A stretch of 25,195 nt of DNA from an uncultured Gammaproteobacteria bacterium. Its GTDB lineage: Bacteria; Patescibacteriota; Patescibacteriia; Magasanikbacterales; GWA2-37-8. The position numbers and the translations under genes were made by a program. This document shows, piece by piece, positions 1-7,156 of this stretch. How positions within the stretch are numbered: position 1 is the stretch's first letter; every line of letters starts with the position of its first letter. The stretch lies in NCBI GenBank assembly GCA_964396295.1, contig CAYNEQ010000001.1, positions 1 through 25,195 on the forward strand, read 5' to 3'. Under the pieces are notes generated by a model that was not told the DNA's origin, made no database searches, and saw only the letters and a list, made by a program, of their open reading frames with translations.

Positions 1-1581
1 GCAGGCGTTATAGAAATTATTAAATGCTTGCGCCAGATCAAAACAATAACGCGTAATTACCGAAGGGTTATATTCAATAAGCGCCTGCTGCGCCATTACC
101 GAATATTTGGCCAGCGCCAAGAGCAATTGCTTTTCTTCTGGTTGTTTTAATAACTCAGATTGATTCTTCGTATTTATCTTTTCAGCTTTCGATTTTTTGA
201 AGATGCTATGTATTCTCGCTACAACATATAGAATGTATGGCCCGGTAAACCCTTCAAAGGAAGCTGCTTCTTTGGCATCAAAGACAATGTTTTTTGCGGC
301 CTCGTGTTTTTGCATATCAAATTTGAGCGCAGCCATGGCCAAAATTTTTGTATTGGCAACAATTTTTTTCTCACTCCAGTCGGGATGTCGCTGCTGTGTT
401 TCGGATTTTAAAATAGCAAACACGTCATTATACAAATCTTCGTATAAAATTACATTTCCTAAACGCGAACTCATTTTTCCTTCTTTGAGATTCACTAGTC
501 CATAACCAATATGCGTCAATTTTTTACGGAACCCAACTAACTCTAAAATTTTATATAATTGTTTAAAGTAAAAATTTTGTTCTGTGCCGGTAATAACAAT
601 ACTCTCATCAGCATTACACTTTTTAAACTTTGCCATGGCCAACGGTAAGTCGCTGGTCAAATATAAACCTGCGCCGTTTGATTTGCGCAGCAAAGCAATA
701 TCTAAATTATATTTGCTTAGATCAATAATAATCGCTCCCCCTTCGCCAACTTGTGCAATTTTTTTCTGCAATAACTCATCAACTAATTTTTGCCCTTTGG
801 CCTTCAGATCTTTTTCATAAAAAATGGCTTTGTGCACTACACCTAATGCTTTAAAAATTTTTTCAAACTGATCAATACTCCACTGCCTGGTTTTGATAAA
901 TAATGGCCAGATGGTTTTATCCTGATTTTCAATTTTTGCCTGCACTTCTGCCACCTCAGCGGTAAAGTCTGGATTCTCTTTTAATTTCTGACTAGCCTCG
1001 GCATAAATATCTCCCAACCATTTTTGTTTATTCTCTGGTGGTTTTTCATCTTTATGAAATTTTAACAATCCCCATAAACATTTGGCCACATGATTACCAA
1101 AATCATTAAGGTAATTTACCGGATAAACTGCAAAGCCATTTTTTTCATATAACTTAACCAAAGCATTGCCAATACAAACATTGCGAAAATGACCGATATG
1201 GAATTCTTTATGAGTATTGTTAGACGGATATTCCAACATGACTTTCTTGCCCTTGCCAGAAGTATTCTGGCCGTATTTATTTTTTTTCTTTTGAATCTCG
1301 GCAATTACTAAACCGGCCAACTCTGAAGTTTTAAGATAAAAATTTACATATGGTCCCATTGCTTCAACTCGTTCGACAATTTGTAATTTCAAATTTCTAA
1401 TTTCTAATTTAATCTTGTTTGCCGCTTCCACAGGACTCATCCCCCATTCTTTTGCAATACCAAAACAAGCAAAGGCAAAATCACCCATCTCCGCTTTTGG
1501 CGGAACAGTCAATTCTACATCTCCGGTTACCCTGGCTTTTTGCAACAAGGAATCAATCTCTTTTTTAATTTTTTCTATCAT
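1..1581 (-). CDS. argS: Arginine--tRNA ligase (3'-truncated by window edge)
   Basis: Hand-translated; missing from the ORF track because it has no stop in the window. ATG at 1581 gives MIEKIKKEID..., then PPKAEMGDFAFACF, GPYVNF, class I HIGH motif (KEFHIGHFRN), NYLNDFG, and the C-terminal YNPSVITRYCFDLAQAFNNFYNAC running off position 1. Confidence 0.96.
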   Translation of the reverse strand, partial: MIEKIKKEIDSLLQKARVTGDVELTVPPKAEMGDFAFACFGIAKEWGMSPVEAANKIKLEIRNLKLQIVERVEAMGPYVNFYLKTSELAGLVIAEIQKKKNKYGQNTSGKGKKVMLEYPSNNTHKEFHIGHFRNVCIGNALVKLYEKNGFAVYPVNYLNDFGNHVAKCLWGLLKFHKDEKPPENKQKWLGDIYAEASQKLKENPDFTAEVAEVQAKIENQDKTIWPLFIKTRQWSIDQFEKIFKALGVVHKAIFYEKDLKAKGQKLVDELLQKKIAQVGEGGAIIIDLSKYNLDIALLRKSNGAGLYLTSDLPLAMAKFKKCNADESIVITGTEQNFYFKQLYKILELVGFRKKLTHIGYGLVNLKEGKMSSRLGNVILYEDLYNDVFAILKSETQQRHPDWSEKKIVANTKILAMAALKFDMQKHEAAKNIVFDAKEAASFEGFTGPYILYVVARIHSIFKKSKAEKINTKNQSELLKQPEEKQLLLALAKYSVMAQQALIEYNPSVITRYCFDLAQAFNNFYNAC

Positions 1582-1600
1582 AACTTAACTACTTGTATGT

Positions 1601-1689
1601 GGGGTTTGGGGCGGCAGCTGTTTGACCCGCCGAGGCGGGGAGTTCTGGCGCCCTAACACTTTTTGATACTTTTTGGTGACAAAAAGTAT
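1601..1689. repeat. Palindromic intergenic element (REP/MITE-like) between tyrS and argS
   Basis: Perfect 10-bp IR ATACTTTTTG-gtga-CAAAAAGTAT (1666-1689) and GC hairpin CCCGC-cgag-GCGGG (1626-1639), with imperfect outer arms GTTTGGGGCG/CGCCCTAAC. Single copy in window. Confidence 0.55.
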
Positions 1690-1697
1690 TGGTAGGG

Positions 1698-2882
1698 TTA
1701 TTTTATCTTTACAAAAAACCGACTTCCTTTTTGTACAATATCTCCAGACTTCACCATCTCATCAATTTTCTCCACCTTCTTATCATTAATCTTCACACCA
1801 CCCTGCGCAATCACCTGTCTAGCTTCTGATTTACTTTTACAAATACCGGCCTCTACTAGCACGCTGATAATATCATTAGCGCTTGGCTTTAACTCCGCCA
1901 TATCCTGTGGCTTTGCTTTTTCTTGAAACACTTGCTGGAAATGCGCCTCCGCTTTCTTCGCAGATTTTTCTCCCAAGAAAGTTTTTACTACTTCATACGC
2001 CAGCTTCAGTTTTTGATCGCGGGGATTCTGCATCTCGGATTTAATCTTTTTTATTTCTGCCATTGGTAATGTCGTGCATAACTCAAACCCATTATCTATC
2101 ATACCGTCCGTCCAACTCATCACCTTGCCAAACATATCTTCCGGCGTATCGGAAAATGCCACCATATTTCCCTCGGTCTTGCCCATCTTCTTACCACTGG
2201 AATCCACTAATAATTTTGTAGTCAAGACAAATTTTTCTTTATTCTTCAAATCTTTCATAAGTGTCCGACCGGCCAACATATTAAACGTCTGGTCATTACC
2301 ACCAATTTCACCATCGACATCCATAGCCACACTATCATAACCCTGCATCAACGGATATAAAAATTCATGCAGATAAATTGGCTTTTCTTCTTTAATTCTA
2401 TTTTCAAACATATCCCGCTCCATCATGCGCTGTACCGTAAAATATGAAGACAATTCAACCACATCGGCGAAACTCATCTTTGCTAGCCATTTACTATTAA
2501 ACTTTACCTGTACCGGATTTTTCCCGGAGAAATTAAGCACCGCCGCAGCCTGTTTTTTATAATTCTTACAATTCTCAAGCACTTGTTTACGGGTTAATTT
2601 TTGTCGGGCCGAAGTCTTATCAGTGGGATCACCAATCATGCCGGTAAAATCACCGATAAGCATAATGACCTTATGCCCCAAATCCTGGAACTGGCGAAGT
2701 TTAAGCATGGTAATGCCATGGCCAATATGTAAGGTCGGCGCTGTCGGATCATAGCCAGTATAGAGCGTGAGCTGTTTGCCGGATTTGAGTTGAGCTTCCA
2801 AAAATTCTTTTTTGGGATAAATATTTTCCACACCTCTTTCTAAAAGCTCGGCTATTTTTTGTGGGTCGGTATTAACTGACAT
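1698..2882 (-). CDS. tyrS: Tyrosine--tRNA ligase
   Basis: GYDPTAPTLHIGH, IGDFTGMIGDPT, YPLMQGYD, GGNDQTFN, KMGKT (KMSKS equivalent), and a C-terminal S4-like domain (SKSEARQVIAQGGVKIN). Confidence 0.98.
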   Translation of the reverse strand: MSVNTDPQKIAELLERGVENIYPKKEFLEAQLKSGKQLTLYTGYDPTAPTLHIGHGITMLKLRQFQDLGHKVIMLIGDFTGMIGDPTDKTSARQKLTRKQVLENCKNYKKQAAAVLNFSGKNPVQVKFNSKWLAKMSFADVVELSSYFTVQRMMERDMFENRIKEEKPIYLHEFLYPLMQGYDSVAMDVDGEIGGNDQTFNMLAGRTLMKDLKNKEKFVLTTKLLVDSSGKKMGKTEGNMVAFSDTPEDMFGKVMSWTDGMIDNGFELCTTLPMAEIKKIKSEMQNPRDQKLKLAYEVVKTFLGEKSAKKAEAHFQQVFQEKAKPQDMAELKPSANDIISVLVEAGICKSKSEARQVIAQGGVKINDKKVEKIDEMVKSGDIVQKGSRFFVKIK

Positions 2883-2887
2883 ATGAT

Positions 2888-5800
2888 TTATTTTAAATTC
2901 TCTAATTGCTCTACAAATTTTTCTAATTTACTTTTTGCCTCAGTCAACTTTTCTTTTTCTTTTTCTACAACTGCCTTCGGTGCATTCTGTACAAATTCTT
3001 TATTGGCTAATTTATTTTCCAATCCAGAAAGATATTTTTTAATTTCGGCGATTTCTTTTTCCAATCTTGGTTTTTCTTTGGCTGCATCTATGGCTCCGGC
3101 AAGATCTAAAGAAACTTCAGCGCCAGACTCTACAAATTCTAATTTTTCCAACCGAGCCAAAGCCTTGATTATTTCTTCATTTTCTTTTACTAATCTTTCA
3201 TTCTTACCAACATTAATCTTTGCGATTATCTTTTTGGCTGGCTCTATCTTATATTCGGCACGAAGCGAACGAATATGGGTTACAGGAAACTTGATAACAT
3301 CATAAAAAATATTTAATTCCTTCGCTTTCTTTTCTGAAATTTCAACAAATTCTGGCCATTTTTCAACCATTAAAATTTTATCCTTTCCGTAAATTTCTTC
3401 CCAAATAGATTCTGTAACAAACGGCATAAACGGATGCCATAATTTCAAAATCGTATTTAAGATTAAATTTAATATCTCCGATTTACCGCCTTCAACCTTA
3501 GCTATTTCCAAATACCAGTCCGCTATATTATCCCAAGTAAATTCACGCAAAAAATCACCTACTAAAGAAAAGTTATAATCTTCTATGTTTTCAGTCACAA
3601 ACTTAACTGCCTTATTTAAACGAAATAAAACCCACTCATCTGCTAAAGTTTTTGCTTTCAGTTCTTTAATCTCTACCTTCGGTTCATCAATATTCAGGAG
3701 CATGAACCTGGAAATATTCCATAACTTATTTGTAAAATTGCGGAAGCCGGCAATTTTTTCTTCTGACAACTTCATATCATTGCCCGGTGTATTGCCAAGT
3801 AAGAGTGAAAGCCGCGTGGCATCAGTACCATACTTGGCTATCATATCCAGCGGATTGATAATATTTCCCAAAGACTTACTCATCTTTCTACCCTGCTCAT
3901 CGCGCACCAGTCCATGTAGGTACACGGTTTTAAACGGAACTTCTCCCAACGTATAGGTCGTCATCAAAATCATTCTTGCTACCCAGAAAAATAAAATATC
4001 ATAGCCAGTTTCCATGACAGATGTCGGATGAAATACTGATAAATCAGCAAGTGTTCCGTCGGAAGCAATACTTACTGTCGCCACACCAGCTGGATCCAGT
4101 AGTAATTTTTCGGTGTATAAATCAGCTGTCGTATGGGAACGCATGACGCGTATTGGATCGCCGTGAGAGACGATAAGAATTTTTTTATTTGGATATTTCT
4201 GTAGCGTGTCTTTAAAAAATTCTGTCACGCGAGATTTTAATTCGGTAAAAGATTCAAGGCCATTGGTTCCGTCCCAACCACCCGGAGCCTTACGCATATT
4301 CATATAGTCGCCGACTGGCTTACCGTGCATGTCATTACCACCAACTTCCCGGAGGCGATCGTCGGTTATGATTTCTACACCAAGAGTTTTGGCTACAATC
4401 TCCGCAGTTTCTTGGGTTCTGGTAAAGGGGGATGCAATTATCAGTTCAATGCCAGATGATTTTAGTTTTTTGGCTGCTGCTTCCACTTGTTTTCTTCCTT
4501 TACTGGTCAAAGAAAATTTTCCCTCATTAGTTGTATCTAAGATGGCTTGTATATTATGCTCAGCTTCTCCATGGCGCATCACCGTAAACTCCGTCGTTGG
4601 CCAGCCAAGGGTAGAAAATGTCCAGAGACCGGATGAAAACCAGGTGTCTAAGGTATCTAAATCTTGAAAATAAAATTCTTCAGCCGGTCTGTCAATATAA
4701 CTTTCAGCTGTTGCAACACATTGGGTATCTATAGCACTATAATATTTTAAGTCCTGCCACCCCACTATACCCGACTTAACGAGCTCGTATGCCATACGAA
4801 AAGTAAGGCCACATACACTTCTATCAGAATTTGAAAACCAAACAAATTCGTGTAATTTTTTTTGTCTTTCACCAGTAGTAAGAAATTGTGAAGCTATTTC
4901 ACTAAGTTTATTTTGGATTTGATCGGTAGCGATAATACCGCCTTTATAATATAAAAATGCTGTATGATTTTTTGGGTCTGTAATATTATAGTAACTTGGA
5001 ATCTGATGCCCATACCACAACTGGCGACTTATACACCAATCCCGTAAATTATCTATCCAATGGAAGTAGGTTTTCTCAAATCTATCCGGAACAATCTCTA
5101 TTTTTTTATCACGCACCGCTTCTTGCATTAACTGTTTCAAAGTTTTATTTCCTCTGTCTTTTATTTTCTTACTCACATCCACAAACCACTGTGTCTTAGG
5201 GAGCGGCTCAATAATATCACCAAAGCGATCAGAAGTACCGACATTCTGAGTAATGTCTTCTTCTTTTTCTAACAAATCATTTTCTCGTAAATAATTTACA
5301 AATTTTTCTCGCGCCTCTAATACTGGCAGGCCCGCATAAGCATACATCCCAGCCATGAGCGTCATCTTGCCGTCTTCACCAATCACCTGAATAAGTCCAA
5401 TGTCATTTCCAGCCGCTTTTTGCTTTTGATATATTTCAAAATCAACCGCGCTATGAGCTGGCGTCACGCCCAATGCACCCGTACCAAAATTTGCATCGAC
5501 ACTATCGTCGGCAATGATTTTAATTTTGAGCGGAGCGTCTGTGCCTAAATCAACGGTAAACTCCTTGCCAATATATTTTTTATATCGTTTATCTTTCGGA
5601 TTGACTGCCACGGCCGTATCGCCAAGCTTTGTCTCTGGTCTGGTAGTCGCAATCGTAATCGGAAAATCTTTACTATATTTGAAGTAATATAATTTTGCCG
5701 GACGTTCGACATAGATAATCTCATCATCACTAATAGTGGACTGGCCTTTGACTGACCAGTTGATCACCCGATAGCCGCGATAAATCAAACCGTCTTCGTA

Positions 5801-6310
5801 CATTTTTTTAAATACCGTCCGTACCGCCAAATTTCTTTTTTCATCAAGAGTGTAAGCTTCCCGACTCCAATCAAGCGAAGCCCCCATTTTTTTGCACTGA
5901 TTCACAATGGTATCATGGCTCTCCTGGGCAAATTCTTCCACGCGCTTCAAAAATTCTTCTCGCCCCAGATCATATTTAGTCTTACCTTCTTTTTCTAAGA
6001 TCATTTTTTCTACCTTTGACTGAGTAGCGATAGCCGCATGATCAGTACCTGGCACCCAGAGCGTCTTATCACCCTTCATCCGGTGGTAGCGGACCATTAC
6101 ATCTTCGATAGCTAACATGGCCGCATGACCCATATGCAAGGTGCCTGTCACATTTGGTGGCGGTAGAACAATCGAAAACGGCTCTGCATCTGAGGTGGTC
6201 ACACCTTTTTCAACACAAACATCAGGGTTAAACAACCCTGATTCTTCCCATTTTTTATAGATAGCATCTTCGTACTGTTGCGGTTCGTACACCTTTGGCA
6301 GTTCGCGCAT
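2888..6310 (-). CDS. valS: Valine--tRNA ligase with inserted histidine-phosphatase domain (1140 aa)
   Basis: PPPNVTGTLHMGHA, PGTDHAAIATQ, TTRPET, DWCISRQLWYGHQIP, DTLDTWFSS, TGYDILFFWVARM, KMSKS, RNFTNKLWN, KLWHPFMPFVTE, and the C-terminal coiled coil (FVQNAPKAVVEKEKEKL). Confidence 0.97.
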   Translation of the reverse strand: MRELPKVYEPQQYEDAIYKKWEESGLFNPDVCVEKGVTTSDAEPFSIVLPPPNVTGTLHMGHAAMLAIEDVMVRYHRMKGDKTLWVPGTDHAAIATQSKVEKMILEKEGKTKYDLGREEFLKRVEEFAQESHDTIVNQCKKMGASLDWSREAYTLDEKRNLAVRTVFKKMYEDGLIYRGYRVINWSVKGQSTISDDEIIYVERPAKLYYFKYSKDFPITIATTRPETKLGDTAVAVNPKDKRYKKYIGKEFTVDLGTDAPLKIKIIADDSVDANFGTGALGVTPAHSAVDFEIYQKQKAAGNDIGLIQVIGEDGKMTLMAGMYAYAGLPVLEAREKFVNYLRENDLLEKEEDITQNVGTSDRFGDIIEPLPKTQWFVDVSKKIKDRGNKTLKQLMQEAVRDKKIEIVPDRFEKTYFHWIDNLRDWCISRQLWYGHQIPSYYNITDPKNHTAFLYYKGGIIATDQIQNKLSEIASQFLTTGERQKKLHEFVWFSNSDRSVCGLTFRMAYELVKSGIVGWQDLKYYSAIDTQCVATAESYIDRPAEEFYFQDLDTLDTWFSSGLWTFSTLGWPTTEFTVMRHGEAEHNIQAILDTTNEGKFSLTSKGRKQVEAAAKKLKSSGIELIIASPFTRTQETAEIVAKTLGVEIITDDRLREVGGNDMHGKPVGDYMNMRKAPGGWDGTNGLESFTELKSRVTEFFKDTLQKYPNKKILIVSHGDPIRVMRSHTTADLYTEKLLLDPAGVATVSIASDGTLADLSVFHPTSVMETGYDILFFWVARMILMTTYTLGEVPFKTVYLHGLVRDEQGRKMSKSLGNIINPLDMIAKYGTDATRLSLLLGNTPGNDMKLSEEKIAGFRNFTNKLWNISRFMLLNIDEPKVEIKELKAKTLADEWVLFRLNKAVKFVTENIEDYNFSLVGDFLREFTWDNIADWYLEIAKVEGGKSEILNLILNTILKLWHPFMPFVTESIWEEIYGKDKILMVEKWPEFVEISEKKAKELNIFYDVIKFPVTHIRSLRAEYKIEPAKKIIAKINVGKNERLVKENEEIIKALARLEKLEFVESGAEVSLDLAGAIDAAKEKPRLEKEIAEIKKYLSGLENKLANKEFVQNAPKAVVEKEKEKLTEAKSKLEKFVEQLENLK
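4049..4597 (-). other. Histidine phosphatase superfamily (PGAM/CobC-like) domain, in frame inside ValRS
   Basis: About 183 aa between STLGWP and ADLSVFHPT. Contains MRHGE (RHGE at 4576-4565), SPFTRTQET, DDRLREV, ESFTEL..RV and ILIVSHGD. Confidence 0.9.
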
Positions 6311-6353
6311 AGAATATCAATAATTAGCTAAATAATAACAGAAAACCCTATGA

Positions 6354-6382
6354 TTGACAAATGGTCAATTTTGCATTATACT
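6354..6382 (+). promoter_or_regulatory. sigma70-type promoter for the high-GC orphan ORF
   Basis: TTGACA (6354-6359), 17-nt spacer, TATACT (6377-6382). Confidence 0.75.
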
Positions 6383-6396
6383 CATTTTTTAGGTAC

Positions 6397-6410
6397 AGTA
6401 TAATTATACT
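6397..6410. promoter_or_regulatory. Perfect 14-bp palindrome, candidate operator
   Basis: AGTATAATTATACT is its own reverse complement and lies just downstream of the predicted start site. Confidence 0.4.
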
Positions 6411-6600
6411 TCTTTCGACTATCATCTCTAGTTATAGAGCTGATTGAGAACGTGGTATACGGTCCGTACATACGGGCCAAAGACCCATTTCAAAAGAGCG
6501 TTGTTTAACAAGGTCAAAAGTACCAGCCTGGCTATTAGAAATTTATATGATTTTTGATAGCTTTGCTGGTGCTCAACCAACCGGCAGCAACGGAGGGCAG

Positions 6601-7005
6601 ATGGACTCGACCATGGCTACACCAAGGCGGGAGCTCCGCTCTCGCCGACCCGCACAGATCTTCGCGATCTGCTGCCTCATGGCAGGCGGGTTCGTCATGT
6701 ACCACACCAGGACCACCACCAACGAGTCGGCCGACCCCTTCTGGAAGAAGGTGAAGCTGGTGGCAGCCACCATGCCACACCGCACGCCGACGCGCGCCTA
6801 CTGCGTCGACATTGACGACATGGGTCGCTATGTCGACGAGAATGGCCAACTCGCCGACCGCAACAGTGGCGACGGCGCCTTCGTGGGCTGCTCACCCGCC
6901 TACAAGACGCTGGGTGCTGCTATCGATGCGGCCCGCAAGAGGGACCCTGACTACTACCAGGTGCAGGGCCCGCCCATCATCGGTGAGAACATGGAGCTCC
7001 GCTAG
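6601..7005 (+). CDS. High-GC orphan protein with a single N-proximal TM/signal segment (134 aa; ORF is open from 6547)
   Basis: GGAGGG SD at 6592-6597 precedes ATG 6601. About 64% GC with about 84% G/C-ending codons (hand count). Basic N-terminus RRELRSRR is followed by hydrophobic IFAICCLMAGGFVMY. Confidence 0.8.
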   Translation: MDSTMATPRRELRSRRPAQIFAICCLMAGGFVMYHTRTTTNESADPFWKKVKLVAATMPHRTPTRAYCVDIDDMGRYVDENGQLADRNSGDGAFVGCSPAYKTLGAAIDAARKRDPDYYQVQGPPIIGENMELR

Positions 7006-7030
7006 ACGGAGCCCCTCACAACAACGTTTT

Positions 7031-7065
7031 GACACCCTCGCAACCTCGGGGGTGTCTGCATTTTT
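7031..7065 (+). terminator. Intrinsic terminator-like hairpin
   Basis: GACACCCTCG-caacct-CGGGGGTGTC (10 bp, one G-U pair), followed by tgcaTTTTT. Confidence 0.65.
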
Positions 7066-7082
7066 AAGCGCTTCTTAGATAG

Positions 7083-7111
7083 TTGACAAACCCAATAAAT
7101 ACTGCTATATT
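7083..7111 (+). promoter_or_regulatory. sigma70 promoter with extended -10 for the DHH gene
   Basis: TTGACA (7083-7088), 17 nt, TGc-TATATT (7106-7111). Confidence 0.7.
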
Positions 7112-7156
7112 AGGCAGTTAATTTAAAATTTGCAGGTAAACAGATACAATAGAATC

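Noticed and set aside
197-1304. ORF-track entries 197-505, 584-820 and 1116-1304
   Set aside because: Shadow or alternate frames of argS, which occupies 1-1581 on the minus strand.
4049-4987. ValRS insertions as inteins or introns
   Set aside because: No N-terminal Cys/Ser with C-terminal His-Asn splice junction, no LAGLIDADG motif, and the frame is continuous.
2074-5730. Plus-strand and alternate-frame ORFs over tyrS and valS
   Set aside because: Antisense shadows with no motifs and Ser/Phe/Ile-rich composition typical of reverse-read AT-rich genes.
6444-6557. 37-codon TTG-initiated uORF (LRTWYTVRT...)
   Set aside because: No SD or codon bias and no tandem amino-acid signature of a leader peptide. 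Not excluded, but unsupported.
6389-6600. tRNA, tmRNA, RNase P RNA or T-box in the long spacer
   Set aside because: No cloverleaf, TTCGA arm, CCA end, RNase P core or T-box motif visible.
6535-7078. Five other ORFs overlapping the high-GC gene
   Set aside because: High GC suppresses stop codons. Only the 6601-7005 frame has GC3 bias, an SD and a downstream terminator.
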